A stretch of DNA of 64,000 nucleotides from an uncultured Gemmatimonadaceae bacterium (GTDB lineage: Bacteria; Gemmatimonadota; Gemmatimonadetes; Gemmatimonadales; Gemmatimonadaceae), in NCBI GenBank assembly GCA_963790305.1, contig CAWBOC010000005.1, positions 544,001-608,000 of the forward strand, in the 5' to 3' direction. Under the pieces are notes generated by a model. It was given only the letters and a program-made list of their open reading frames with translations, was not told the DNA's origin and searched no databases. A program made the translations under genes and the position numbers. Within the stretch, counting starts at the first letter, position 1. The number at the start of each line of letters is the position of its first letter. Positions 20,068 through 31,020 of the stretch are shown here, piece after piece.

Positions 20068-21335
20068 GCGTCTGGCGCGTGCCGTTGTTGGCGTGTGCCC
20101 TGATCGTCGTTGGATCCTGTCAAAGAGCGACGGTCGCGACCGGCGACGTCGCACCGGCGGAGACGTGGTGGCGCGGCAACACGCACACGCACACGCTCTG
20201 GTCGGACGGCGATGACTTCCCGGAAGGCGTCGCCGACTGGTACAAGCGCAACGGCTATCACTTTCTTGCCATCACCGACCACAACACGCTCGCCGCGGCC
20301 GAGCGTTGGCTCCCTATCCCACCCGCCGGACCTGCACGCGAGGCATACACGAAGTATCGCGAGCGATCCGGCTCGAGCTGGGTGGAAGAACGCCGATCGG
20401 GTGACACCCTCCTTGTGCGCCTGAAGCGGTTTCCCGAGTACCGTGCGCGCGTCGAGGAGAGCGGCCGCTTCATTCTTGTCCCCGGCGAGGAGATCACCCA
20501 GTATCTCGGGGGGAAGGGTGCGCACATGAACGCGCTCAACCTCGCCGAGCCGGTCTCGGAGCAAAAGGGCGCTTCACTCCTGGAGATGTTTCGGAAGGAC
20601 CTCGACTCGCTGCGCGCGCAGGAAGCGCGCACGCGACGGGAGATCGTCGCGGTGCTCAATCATCCGAACTTTCTCTGGAGTCAAACGGCCGAGGATCTGA
20701 TCGCGCTTCCCGACCTCCGGTTCTTCGAGGTGTACAACGGCCATCCGCTCGTCAACATCCTCGGCGATTCCTTGCGACCGGGGAATGAGCGCATCTGGGA
20801 CATCGTGCTGACCCGACGCCTGACGAGCGGCGGCGCCATGCTCTACGGCGTCGCTACCGATGACGCGCACGATTACCACCAGTTCGCCCCGCGTCAGCGC
20901 AATCCGGGACGGGGGTGGATCATGGTGCGGTCCTCGAGGCTCGCCAGCGATTCACTGATGCGGGCCCTGAAGCGTGGGGAATTCTACGCGAGCACTGGCG
21001 TGGCCCTTTCGGAACTGCGGCGTGAAGGCCAACGTCTCACGCTCGCCATCAAAGGCCAGCCCGGCGTGAGCTACACGACACAGTTCATCGGGACGCGCCG
21101 AGGCTATGACACCGCCAGCGTGGCCATGCACGACTCCGCCGGCGCGGTCCTCACACGGCGCTATGGCAACGATGTCGGCGCGGTGCTCAGCGCGGTACGC
21201 GGAACAACGGCGAGCTACACACTGCGCGGCGACGAGATCTACGTCCGGGCGAGGATCGTGTCCACGCAGCCAAAAGCGAATCCCTCCTACGACGGAGAGG
21301 TTGAGATGGCCTGGACGCAGCCGGTACAGCCATGA
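20064..21335 (+). CDS. PHP-fold metallohydrolase, probable lipoprotein
   Basis: GNTHTHTLWSDG, ITDHN, GEE, NHP, ATDDAH. Confidence 0.85.
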   Translation: MSVWRVPLLACALIVVGSCQRATVATGDVAPAETWWRGNTHTHTLWSDGDDFPEGVADWYKRNGYHFLAITDHNTLAAAERWLPIPPAGPAREAYTKYRERSGSSWVEERRSGDTLLVRLKRFPEYRARVEESGRFILVPGEEITQYLGGKGAHMNALNLAEPVSEQKGASLLEMFRKDLDSLRAQEARTRREIVAVLNHPNFLWSQTAEDLIALPDLRFFEVYNGHPLVNILGDSLRPGNERIWDIVLTRRLTSGGAMLYGVATDDAHDYHQFAPRQRNPGRGWIMVRSSRLASDSLMRALKRGEFYASTGVALSELRREGQRLTLAIKGQPGVSYTTQFIGTRRGYDTASVAMHDSAGAVLTRRYGNDVGAVLSAVRGTTASYTLRGDEIYVRARIVSTQPKANPSYDGEVEMAWTQPVQP

Positions 21336-23992
21336 AGGCCGGGCTGCTCGCGATCGCGTACACCTGTGCGGGTGTCGCAGTCGCGCAGGAAGGCGACACG
21401 ACGTTCATCATCACCGACACATCCGTGGTGCAGGGTGCGTTCAGCGCCGTCGCCGTCACACGCGACCGGATCGAGACCAACTATCCGCGCGCGCCGCGGG
21501 AAGTGATGTTCAAGTTCAGCATCAACGGTCAGGACAACGAGTTCCCGCCCGGCACGGACCACATGATCTACGTCCGTCCGCGTGCGGGAAAGATCACGAC
21601 GCCCATCTATCAGTTCGGTCGCGTCGATGCACCTCGGACGCCGAAGCCGGAAGATGCTCCTCCGAGCGAGGAAAGCACGGCACAGGTGACGTTTCGCCTC
21701 GACATGCGCCCGGTGCTCGCGAGCTTCCGTGGTCGCGGAACCTATGATCCGCCGAACGGCGCCCCCATTCGCAGGCGTGATTTCAAGGGCGTCTACATCG
21801 TCGGCAACGCCGAGCCGCTGACCTGGGACTTCTCGGTGCTCGAGCCGGGATCACAGTTCGAGCTCACCGACCCCAATCGCGACGGGATCTACACCGTCAC
21901 GCTGCCCTTCGAGACGATCTACACGAGGCCGGCCGACGACAGCGGACGCGCAGTCTGGGTGCGGAAGCGCGACATCGCGCGCTTCCCCGAGCTCGTGTCC
22001 TCGCAGCGGCTGGTCGACGCGCTGTACCGACTGTCGCTGGAGGAGCTCGTCGAGCTGCGTCGCGACGATGGCGCGCTCATGGGTGGTGCCAAGTGGGAGG
22101 GCATTTGGACGCGCGACGTGTCGTGGGGCGCCATGCTCGCCTTTGCGGCCATCGCGCCTGACGAGGTGCGACGGAGTCTCCTGGTGAAGGTCGACTCGAC
22201 CGGCCGCATCATCCAGGACACCGGAACCGGCGGCTCGTGGCCGGTGTCGACCGACCGAATGGCGTGGGCGCTCGCGGCGTGGGAGCTCTACGCCGTCACC
22301 GGCGACCGCGACTGGCTGCGACAGTGCTACGACATCATCCGCCGCTCGGCCGAAGCCGATCTCGCCGTCGCGTTCAACGGTACGACGGGACTTTTTCGGG
22401 GGGAGTCATCGTTCCTCGACTGGCGCGAGCAGAGCTATCCCGCGTGGATGGATCCGCGAGATATCTACCAATCCGAGAATCTCGGCACCAACGCCCTGCA
22501 CTACGCGGCGTATCGCGTCCTCAGCCGCATGGCGAGCGCGTTAGGCGAGTCGCCGCTCCGGTGGGATTCGGTAGCGGGCCGCGTCCGTCAGGGGATGAAC
22601 ACGCACCTGTGGCTGTCGGAGAATGGCTATTACGGGCAGTTCCGATATGGACGCGTGCACCAGTCACTTTCCCCGCGGGCGGAAGGGCTCGGTGAGGCAC
22701 TCGCGATCATCTATGGCGTCGCAGCAGACGAGCAGCGCGACGTCCTCACTCGGCGCGCGCCGGTGGTGCCTTTTGGCGTGCCGAGCTTCTGGCCATACAT
22801 CGGCGATCAGCCGGCATATCACAATGCGGGAATCTGGCCGCAGGTGGTTGGATTCTGGACCTGGGCGGCGGCTGAGGCGGGCAATGCCGCGGCAGTGGAG
22901 CACGGGCTTGGGTCGATCTACCGGGCCGCGGCGCTCTTTCTCACCAACAAGGAGAACATGGTGGCCGCGACGGGCCACTTCGAGGGCACCGAGCTCAACT
23001 CCGACCGGCTCATCGGAAGTGTCGGCGCGAACCTGGCGACGGTATTCCGTGTGCTGTTCGGGATGCGGTTCGAGTACGATCGCCTCGTGTTTCGGCCCTT
23101 CGTTCCGCGTGCGTACGATGGTGAGCGTACGCTGCGCAACCTGCGATATCGCGGCGCGACGCTGACGATCACGGTACGTGGATTCGGCAACGCGGTGGCA
23201 AGCGCGACCCTCGATGGCCGGGCCTTGCCGAATCCGGAGATTCCGGCGGGCCTAACGGGCGCACACACGATCGAGCTGACGATGAATGGCGAGGTCGGGC
23301 CGTCCACCATCAACATCGTGGAGAACCGGGCTGCGCCGGCGACACCGCTCGTCGCGCTGCGCGCGGGGCGGCTCGTGTGGCGGCCCGTCCCTCGCGCAGT
23401 GAGCTACCTGATTTACCAAAATGGACGTCGCAGCTCGGCGACGACCTCGGCGCAGGCGCGCGTGGATCAGGGGAGCGGGCTCGCCGAGTATCAGGTCATG
23501 GCGGTCGACGCGAATGGGGTCGGGTCGTTTCTCAGCGAGCCGATACGCGTGGTGCCGCCGGATGCCGTGATTCTGGCTGAGCCACCGGGAAGTAACATCG
23601 ACACGGCCCACGCGGACGCTGATGGTGATGGATCCATCGAGCTGGCGGTGGGCGCGAACACTGAGGTGCAGTTCACCATCGACGTTCCCGTCGCCGGCGT
23701 GTACGCGATCGACGCGCGCTACGCGAACGGAAGCGGGCCGATCAATACCGGGGACAAGACGGCGATCCGGTCGCTGCTCGTCGACGGGACACGCGTCGGA
23801 TCACTCGTCCTGCCGCATCGGGGCGTCGACCTGTGGACGGACTGGGGCTATAGCAGCGTGCTGACGACGTGGCTCGCTGCCGGGTCGCACACCCTGACGC
23901 TTGCGTACACGCCTGTCGACCGGAACATGAATGGTGCGGTCAACACGGCACTGCTCGATCACGTGCGCCTGACGAGACTGGCCGAGCGATAG
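21332..23992 (+). CDS. Exported glycoside hydrolase ((alpha/alpha)6, amylo-alpha-1,6-glucosidase/MGH1-like) with CBM-like modules
   Basis: WTRDVSW, QDTGTGGSWPVSTDR, GESSFLDWREQSYP, YHNAGIWP; C-terminal YANG..WG CBM-like beta domain. Confidence 0.8.
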   Translation: MKAGLLAIAYTCAGVAVAQEGDTTFIITDTSVVQGAFSAVAVTRDRIETNYPRAPREVMFKFSINGQDNEFPPGTDHMIYVRPRAGKITTPIYQFGRVDAPRTPKPEDAPPSEESTAQVTFRLDMRPVLASFRGRGTYDPPNGAPIRRRDFKGVYIVGNAEPLTWDFSVLEPGSQFELTDPNRDGIYTVTLPFETIYTRPADDSGRAVWVRKRDIARFPELVSSQRLVDALYRLSLEELVELRRDDGALMGGAKWEGIWTRDVSWGAMLAFAAIAPDEVRRSLLVKVDSTGRIIQDTGTGGSWPVSTDRMAWALAAWELYAVTGDRDWLRQCYDIIRRSAEADLAVAFNGTTGLFRGESSFLDWREQSYPAWMDPRDIYQSENLGTNALHYAAYRVLSRMASALGESPLRWDSVAGRVRQGMNTHLWLSENGYYGQFRYGRVHQSLSPRAEGLGEALAIIYGVAADEQRDVLTRRAPVVPFGVPSFWPYIGDQPAYHNAGIWPQVVGFWTWAAAEAGNAAAVEHGLGSIYRAAALFLTNKENMVAATGHFEGTELNSDRLIGSVGANLATVFRVLFGMRFEYDRLVFRPFVPRAYDGERTLRNLRYRGATLTITVRGFGNAVASATLDGRALPNPEIPAGLTGAHTIELTMNGEVGPSTINIVENRAAPATPLVALRAGRLVWRPVPRAVSYLIYQNGRRSSATTSAQARVDQGSGLAEYQVMAVDANGVGSFLSEPIRVVPPDAVILAEPPGSNIDTAHADADGDGSIELAVGANTEVQFTIDVPVAGVYAIDARYANGSGPINTGDKTAIRSLLVDGTRVGSLVLPHRGVDLWTDWGYSSVLTTWLAAGSHTLTLAYTPVDRNMNGAVNTALLDHVRLTRLAER

Positions 23993-24010
23993 CTCGGCCA
24001 CCGCAGGGTG

Positions 24011-24421
24011 CTACGGCCGTCGCGGCGAATCGGCCGCGACCGCTGGCGCGGACACCGGCCCGCCACCTCGCAACGCAGCGACGAGGCCCATCGAGAAGAG
24101 CCCGATCTGGACGTAGCCCCGCGGCTCGCGCCAATCGTTGAGCATCTCGTACGCGAAGGCGATCACCAGACCGGCGACATTGGCCGCGGCGGCGACCCAC
24201 CGCTCCATGGATCCTGCCGGCGCGCCGCGCGCGAGCAGCGTGACGGCGCCGATGAGCATGATCGCGACGCCAGTGCCGGCGAACCAGAGCGCAGTGAGCC
24301 TGAAGACGGGCCGGTACGCGAGAAACGTGATGCCGAGGTGCAGCGCGCCCATCGCGAGAGAGAGGAACCCCGCGATGGTGAGCGCGCGGTGCCCGGTGTA
24401 CAGACCGCTCCTCGTTTGCAC
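24011..24421 (-). CDS. Hypothetical membrane protein (about 4 TM)
   Basis: GGAGGAGG RBS before GTG; hydrophobic segments. Confidence 0.7.
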   Translation of the reverse strand: MQTRSGLYTGHRALTIAGFLSLAMGALHLGITFLAYRPVFRLTALWFAGTGVAIMLIGAVTLLARGAPAGSMERWVAAAANVAGLVIAFAYEMLNDWREPRGYVQIGLFSMGLVAALRGGGPVSAPAVAADSPRRP

Positions 24422-24605
24422 GACCTCCTCCTCCCGTTGTTTGTGGCTGAGAACATACGCGTCTGGACGCGATCGGCCAGGAGTGAGGGTCGGGCGCCTC
24501 CTTGTGCGAGGGCTCCGCTACGCGAACATTCGAGTTCGGGACGGTGAGGGAGTCCCAAGGGGGGTGGCCATGTTTGCCACGGCGTGAATCGCCAAGGAGG
24601 TCTCA

Positions 24606-25478
24606 ATGTCGCTCGCCGGAAGGAATGCCCTGATCACTGGCAGCTCGCGGGGCATAGGTCGCGGCATCGCGCTGAAGCTCGCGGAACGCGGTGCACACGT
24701 TGGAATCACCTACTACCAGAACGAGGAGTCGGCGAAAGACGTGCTGAAGAAGGTGCGGGATATCGGCTCCGATGGGTTCGTCACGCAAGTGGACGTATGC
24801 GACACCGACGCGATCGACCGCCTCTTCCAGCGCACGAGATCGGAGTTCGGGACGCTCGACATTCTCGTCAGCAATGCGCGCAGCGAGATCCCAACGTTCT
24901 ACGAGGCTCCACTCGACCTCGCCAGTGAGAAGTGGGACACGGCGTGCAACTCGCAAGGCAAGGCATTTCTGCTCGAGGTTCAGAAGGCGTCGAAGATCAT
25001 GGGGACGGGCGGCCGAATCATTGCGGTCACCTATGCCGACGGCAGCCGCACGGGGAGCTGGCTTCCGTGGGTCGCGATGGGATCGGCGAAGGCGGCCATG
25101 GAATCGCTCGTCCGCTACTTCGGGGTCGCCCTCGCGAGGCGTGGAATCACCGTGAATGCCGTGAGTCCCGGCTTCACGGAAGACAGCGTGCTGAACTCGT
25201 TACCGGAAGCCGCGCAGGAGATGGTTCGTGAGTGGCACGGACAGGGGTGGACCCCGATGGGGCGGTTAGGCACACCCGCAGATATCGGAAACGTCGTGGC
25301 CTTGCTGTGCTCTGAGGAAGCAGGCTGGATTACCGGCCAGACCGTATACGCCGATGGCGGCGCATCATTGGTGAGTGGTGGACTGCCGCCGGCTATTCAG
25401 GGGTGGGAGGCACCGGCGCCGCGGGAAGAGCGTGCGGTGGCGACGCCGGCGGCGACCGAGGCGCAAATGGCGACATAG
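24606..25478 (+). CDS. SDR oxidoreductase (FabL-like enoyl reductase subgroup)
   Basis: AGGAGG RBS; TGSSRGIG, SNA, KAAMESLVRY, VNAVSPG, TPMGRLGTPADI, ITGQ..DGG. Confidence 0.92.
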   Translation: MSLAGRNALITGSSRGIGRGIALKLAERGAHVGITYYQNEESAKDVLKKVRDIGSDGFVTQVDVCDTDAIDRLFQRTRSEFGTLDILVSNARSEIPTFYEAPLDLASEKWDTACNSQGKAFLLEVQKASKIMGTGGRIIAVTYADGSRTGSWLPWVAMGSAKAAMESLVRYFGVALARRGITVNAVSPGFTEDSVLNSLPEAAQEMVREWHGQGWTPMGRLGTPADIGNVVALLCSEEAGWITGQTVYADGGASLVSGGLPPAIQGWEAPAPREERAVATPAATEAQMAT

Positions 25479-25480
25479 CC

Positions 25481-25590
25481 GGATTGCGGATTGCGGATTG
25501 CTGATTGCGGATTGCACAGGGGGCAGCCCTCGCGACGCTGAAGGCTGCCCCTCGGTATATTTCGGCTTCCGCAATCAGCAATCCGCAATC
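25481..25590. repeat. Inverted GGATTGC/GCAATCC heptamer arrays around a GC hairpin
   Basis: ggattgc x3, tgattgc, ggattgc; ggggcagcc/ggctgcccc stem; gcaatca gcaatcc gcaatc. Confidence 0.85.
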
Positions 25591-25598
25591 GACTCTCC

Positions 25599-27276
25599 AT
25601 GCCTCCCCAGTTCATCTACGTCATGAAGGCCCTGCGCAAGGTGGTCCCACCTTCGCGCGTGATCCTCGACGACATTCGGCTCTCCTTTTACCCCGGCGCC
25701 AAGATCGGCGTCCTCGGCCCCAACGGCGCCGGAAAGTCATCGCTGCTCCGCATCATGGCGGGCATCGACCAGGACATTCAGGGCGAAGCGTGGGCCGCCA
25801 AGGGCACGAAGATCGGCTACCTCTCGCAGCAGCCCGAGCTCGACACATCGAAGGATGTCCGCGGCAACGTCGAAGAGGCGCTCAAGGACCAGCGCAAAGC
25901 CCTCGAGCGCTTCAACGACATCGCGATGAAGTTCGCCGAGCCGATGGACGACGACGCGATGAACAAGCTGCTCGACGAGCAGGGTCGCCTTCAGGAGTAC
26001 ATTGACGCGCACGACCTCTGGAATCTCGACAACAAGATCGAGGTCGCGATGGATGCGCTGCGCCTTCCTCCGGCCGATGCCGACGTGAAGAAGCTCAGCG
26101 GGGGAGAGAAGCGCCGCGTCGCCCTGTGCCGCGTGCTCCTCGAGGAGCCCGATCTGCTGTTGCTCGACGAGCCGACGAACCACCTCGACGCCGAGAGCGT
26201 CGCGTGGCTCGAGAAGCATCTCGAGCAGTTTCCGGGGACGGTCGTGGCGATCACGCACGACCGCTACTTCCTCGACAACGTCGCGAAGTGGATCCTCGAG
26301 CTCGACCGGGGGCGCGGAATCCCGTACGAAGGGAACTACTCCTCGTGGCTGGATCAGAAGCGCACGCGGCTCGCGCAGGAAGAGAAATCCGTCAGCGCTC
26401 GGCAGCGCACCCTCGAGCGCGAGCTGGAGTGGGTGCGTCTCGCGCCGCGGGCTCGTCAGGCGAAGTCGAAAGCGCGTATTCAGAAGTACGAGGAGCTGGC
26501 AAGTGAGACGCAGCTCGAGCGCATCGCGCAGAACGAGATCGTGATCCCGCCCGCCCCACGGTTGGGGAATGACGTGGTGATCGCGAACGATCTGCGCAAG
26601 GCGTACGGAGACAATCTTCTCTTCGAGGGGTTGTCCTTTTCATTGCCGCGCGGCGGCATCGTCGGCGTCATCGGACCGAACGGAGCGGGGAAGACGACAC
26701 TCTTTCGCATGATCGACGGCACGGAGAAGCCCGATGCCGGCTCGCTCAAGGTCGGCGAGACGGTGCAGCTCGCCTACGCGGACCAGTCGCGCACGCTCGA
26801 CGGCAAGAAAACCGTGTGGGACGAGATCTCCGGCGGCCTGGAGCAGATCATGGTCGGCAAGAAGGAGATCAATTCGCGCGCGTATCTCGCCAGCTTCAAC
26901 TTTCGAGGGGCCGATCAGCAGAAACGCGTCGGCGACCTTGCCGGTGGCGAGCGCAACCGCCTGCATTTGGCGAAGACGCTGATGGCGGGCGGCAACCTGC
27001 TGCTGCTCGACGAGCCCACCAACGATCTCGATGTGGACACGCTGCGCGCGCTCGAGGACGCGCTGGTCGATTTCGCAGGATGCGCGGTCGTCATCTCCCA
27101 CGATCGCTGGTTCCTCGACCGCATCGCGACGCAATATTCTCGCGTTCGAGGGAAATTCCGAGGTGGTGTGGTTCGAGGGAAACTACGAGGCGTACAAGGA
27201 GGATCTGCGCAGGCGGAAGGGGATCGACGCCGACCAGCCGCACCGCGTGGCGTACAGGAAGCTGGTGCGCGCGTAG
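25599..27276 (+). CDS. ettA: Energy-dependent translational throttle protein EttA (ABC-F), +1 frameshift near 27133
   Basis: [53 protein letters not shown] resumes in the next frame; span 1678 nt = 3n+1. Confidence 0.93.
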
Positions 27277-27410
27277 GCGACGGGATGGGATCACTAGACC
27301 TTCGAGGGCGTATTACATCCCACTGAGCCGGCCCCGTGAGCGCGATGTGGGCGTCGAGGTCGCCCCCGCCGTGTAGCTGTTGCCAACTTGCTTCACTGGA
27401 CTAGGACTGT

Positions 27411-28109
27411 ATGCTGGACGTTCTACTCGAGTCATCCACGGCACCGCCGCGGCCGAACCCGGCCACTGTGTTCAGCGTCGTCGTCCATACGGCGCTGATT
27501 GTGTTCTTCGTCGTCGGTCGCGAAAAACTTCGGCCTGAGGCGTATAGCGGCGAGAGCGAGAATGTGCGTTATCTCATTCCCCTCGACCGTGTAAAGGCCC
27601 CGCCGCCGCTCGCGGTGCGAGTCCACTGGCATGGCGCCGGCCTTGTCGGGGAGAGCGCTGGATTCGACCTGGGGGTGACAGAGGCCGACGCCCTAGCGGG
27701 TCCGCCTGTGTCGGGACGGAAGAGGGCAGCCCACGCGGCAACCCTGCCGGAGGCTCAAGACTTCGTGTACGACACTGTCGCCACCGCGATCGACGTCGAC
27801 TCGGTCGCCCGTGTCATTGAAAGTGCGGCCCCCGCGTATCCCCCGACTCTGTTGGCCAGGAACATCGAGGGCAGAGCTCTCGTGCAGTTCGTTGTCGACA
27901 CGCTGGGACGGGTCGATACCGTGTCATTCGCGGTGATCGAGACCACGCACGCTGAGTTTGCCGAGGCTGTTCGCGCGGTCGCTCCGGCCATGCGCTTCAC
28001 GCCGGCCATCATGGCGTCGCACAAGGTAAAGCAGCTCGTGCGCCAGCCGTTCGTGTTCAGGATTCTGCCGCCGCCCCAGACCGCTGCGAAGCCGGATTCG
28101 GTGTCCTGA
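27411..28109 (+). CDS. TonB family C-terminal domain protein
   Basis: TM with SVVVH; PAYPP..IEGRALVQFVVDTLGRV..MRFTPA..VKQLVRQPFVF. Confidence 0.85.
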   Translation: MLDVLLESSTAPPRPNPATVFSVVVHTALIVFFVVGREKLRPEAYSGESENVRYLIPLDRVKAPPPLAVRVHWHGAGLVGESAGFDLGVTEADALAGPPVSGRKRAAHAATLPEAQDFVYDTVATAIDVDSVARVIESAAPAYPPTLLARNIEGRALVQFVVDTLGRVDTVSFAVIETTHAEFAEAVRAVAPAMRFTPAIMASHKVKQLVRQPFVFRILPPPQTAAKPDSVS

Positions 28110-28305
28110 AACCCGCCAGCGATCCCAGGGTCGGGACGTTCAGCCTGGGCATATGTGAGTAAAGAGAGGGGAGCGTACCTGGCGCAACTGTCGGGACTCA
28201 CGCTGCCATCTCCAAGTCCGCACCATAACCCAGCGCGACAAGACGGCCCCGCGGCAAGCAGGGCTCTCCACGAGCGCTCCATCTGCTCCATCTCCGCCGA
28301 GGCGC

Positions 28306-29286
28306 CTAACGTCGTTTGCGCATCTCGCCGGTGGTCGATGCGCCGCGGCCGCGCGACGGACGGCGGCCCTCCCGCTCGCGGCGCAGGTGGTCGATGAGCG
28401 CGCGGAGCGCCGGCGTGGCTTGGCGCCGCTCTGGGTAGAACAGGTAGTAGCCGGGAAAAGGCGCACAATACTTCTCCAGCACTGGTACCAGCGTGCCGCG
28501 CGCCACGTCGTCGCGTACCATGTCCTCGTATACGATGGTCAGGCCGAGTCCCGTGCGTGCCAGACCGAGGTTGACGCGGGAGTCCGTCGACAGGACGCGC
28601 CCCGGCACGGCGACCACGATCTCGGGCCCGCCCCCGATGCGGCCGTCCGTTCCCGGCTCCGTAAACTCCCAACGGTATCCCGGCGCATCCGCGGTCCGGT
28701 GCCAATTGAGGCACTCGTGCCTGACGAGGTCGCGCGGATGGCGCGGCTTGGGATGCCGCGCGAAATAGGCTGGCGCACCCACGACGGTCATCCGGATGTC
28801 GCCAGTGACGGGCACCGCGATCATGTCCCGGTCGATCACTTCGCCAAGCTGGATGCCGGCGTCATGCCCGAGCGCCACGACGTCGACGACCGCGTCGCTC
28901 ACCACGAGGTCGAGCTTCACTTCGGTGTAGGAGGTGAGGAAGCTGGCGAAGAGTGGTCCGGCGAAAACCGGGTCCACGTCCGGCCCAACGAGCAAGCGCA
29001 GCGTCCCCCGCGGCGCATCTCCCAGCTCACCGGCCGCTGCAACAGCCGACTCCACCTCGGCGAGTGCAGGGCGAACCGCAGCATAGAGCCGCTGGCCCGC
29101 CTCCGAAAGGCTCACACTTCGCGTGGTGCGGTGCACGAGCGGAACGCCTACACGGTCCTCCAACTTGCGAAGCGCTTGGCTCACCGCCGACGCTGTCACC
29201 CCGAGTCGTTCTCCGGCCACGCGGAAATTCCGCGATTCCGCCACTGCGGCGAACACCACCATGCCGTCGAGCGCGTCCGGCGTCAT
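28306..29286 (-). CDS. LysR family transcriptional regulator
   Basis: HTH FRVAGERLGVTASAVSQALRKLEDRVGVPLVHRTTRSVSLSEAG; divergent from the cupin operon. Confidence 0.95.
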   Translation of the reverse strand: MTPDALDGMVVFAAVAESRNFRVAGERLGVTASAVSQALRKLEDRVGVPLVHRTTRSVSLSEAGQRLYAAVRPALAEVESAVAAAGELGDAPRGTLRLLVGPDVDPVFAGPLFASFLTSYTEVKLDLVVSDAVVDVVALGHDAGIQLGEVIDRDMIAVPVTGDIRMTVVGAPAYFARHPKPRHPRDLVRHECLNWHRTADAPGYRWEFTEPGTDGRIGGGPEIVVAVPGRVLSTDSRVNLGLARTGLGLTIVYEDMVRDDVARGTLVPVLEKYCAPFPGYYLFYPERRQATPALRALIDHLRREREGRRPSRGRGASTTGEMRKRR

Positions 29287-29357
29287 GAAGCAATGCTTAA
29301 CAGCACATGAAGCACTGTCAAGTAGATCGCAATGCCGGAAAATGGTTGATTGGTGAC

Positions 29358-29858
29358 ATGCGACTTCACCTGATCATCGCCGCGGCGCTTGCGTCTCACG
29401 GCCTCACTGCATTGACTGGCCACGCGCAGCAACAGGAGCGACCTCCAGTGAACATCACTCGTGCGGGCTCATTGCCCTCGAACAAGGGACCGGCCGACTG
29501 GTTCACCGGCACAGTCCGCATCGACCCGCTCTTTACCGCGCCCGCGCCTGCGCGCGCCGCTGGCGCTACCGTCACCTTCGAACCGGGCGCTCGCACGGCG
29601 TGGCACACGCACCCGCTAGGGCAGACGCTCATCGTCGTCTCTGGCCTCGGCCGCGTGCAGCGCGAGGGCGGCCCGGTCGAAGAGATCCGGCCCGGCGACG
29701 TCGTGGAGATTCCGCCCGGCGTCAAACACTGGCACGGCGCATCGCCAAGGACGGCGATGGCGCACATCGCGATTCAGGAAGCGCTCGACGGGAAGGTGGT
29801 CGAGTGGCTCGAGCACGTCACCGACACCCAATACGCGGCGCCGCCGCGTGAACGCTGA
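29358..29858 (+). CDS. Cupin domain protein
   Basis: [35 protein letters not shown]; start uncertain. Confidence 0.9.
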   Translation: MRLHLIIAAALASHGLTALTGHAQQQERPPVNITRAGSLPSNKGPADWFTGTVRIDPLFTAPAPARAAGATVTFEPGARTAWHTHPLGQTLIVVSGLGRVQREGGPVEEIRPGDVVEIPPGVKHWHGASPRTAMAHIAIQEALDGKVVEWLEHVTDTQYAAPPRER

Positions 29859-29868
29859 GGCCAACGCC

Positions 29869-31020
29869 ATGACAACGAAAACGATCCTTTTCACGACACT
29901 GCTGCTCGGAGCTATCGTGGGTACCGCAACGGCATATCGAACCCTCGCGGACACCCAGAGGAACGAGACATCCCCGCGAAGCGCGAACGCAAACGGAGGC
30001 GATATGCAACTGACGAAAGAATGGGACAAGACATTTCAGAAAAGCGACAAGGTCGATCACCAGAAGGTGACGTTCACGAACCGCTACGGCATCACCCTGG
30101 TAGCCGACCTGTATCTCCCGAAAAATCGTGGCAGCCAGCGGATGGCAGCACTCGCCATCAGCGGTCCGTTTGGCGCCGTGAAAGAGCAATCCTCCGGCTT
30201 GTACGCACAAACGATGGCCGAGCGTGGCTACATCACGCTTGCGTTCGATCCGTCTCATACAGGAGAAAGCGGTGGAGCGCCTCGCAACCTGGCGTCTCCG
30301 GACATCAACACGGAAGACTTCAGCGCCGCCGTGGATTATCTCGGCCTGGTGCCGTCGGTCGATCGTGAGCGAATCGGCATCATCGGCATTTGCGGCTTCG
30401 CGGGCATGGGCCTGAATGCGGCTGCCGTCGATAAGCGCATCAAGGCTGTCGTCACCACAAGCATGTACGACATGTCTCGAGTGATGGCCAGAGGATATTT
30501 CGATGCCCTGACGAGGGAGCAGCGCACGCAGATGCTGGAACAGTTGAGCCAGCAGCGCTGGGCTGACGCCGAAAGGGGGTCTCCGACCCCGGGCTCGCGG
30601 ATTCTCCCCGAGAGTCTCGAGGGCATCACCAATCCGGTCATTCGAATGTACTTCGACTACTACCGCACGCCTCGCGGCTTCCACAAACGCTCGCCAAACT
30701 CGAATGGAGCCTGGACCGCAACCACGCCAATGTCGTTCATGAACCTGCCGTTGCTGACCTACATCGATGAAATCTCGCCGCGTCCCATCCTGCTCATCGC
30801 GGGTGAAAATGCGCACTCACGTTACTTCAGCGAAGACGCATACAAGGCCGCCGCGCAGCCCAAGGAGCTGGTGATCATCGACAATGCCGACCACGTCGAT
30901 CTATACGATCGCACGGACAAAATCCCCTTCGACAGGATTACCGAGTTCTTCAACAAGAACCTGATGGTTCGGGAAGCCAGAGTATCTGTGGAGGAAGGCG
31001 AGCTTGCTGCTCGTCTCTAG
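29869..31020 (+). CDS. Alpha/beta hydrolase (Cys nucleophile GICG)
   Basis: NRYGITLVADLY, GPFGAVKEQ, GICGFAG, PRPILLIAG, HVDLYD. Confidence 0.9.
   Translation: MTTKTILFTTLLLGAIVGTATAYRTLADTQRNETSPRSANANGGDMQLTKEWDKTFQKSDKVDHQKVTFTNRYGITLVADLYLPKNRGSQRMAALAISGPFGAVKEQSSGLYAQTMAERGYITLAFDPSHTGESGGAPRNLASPDINTEDFSAAVDYLGLVPSVDRERIGIIGICGFAGMGLNAAAVDKRIKAVVTTSMYDMSRVMARGYFDALTREQRTQMLEQLSQQRWADAERGSPTPGSRILPESLEGITNPVIRMYFDYYRTPRGFHKRSPNSNGAWTATTPMSFMNLPLLTYIDEISPRPILLIAGENAHSRYFSEDAYKAAAQPKELVIIDNADHVDLYDRTDKIPFDRITEFFNKNLMVREARVSVEEGELAARL

Noticed and set aside
26938..26952. EttA second ABC signature LAGGE instead of LSGGE
   Set aside because: Single-base difference in a sequence with evident errors; not interpretable without reads.
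27277..27410. Possible structured RNA between ettA and the TonB gene
   Set aside because: Only short, imperfect stems and no recognisable family motif.
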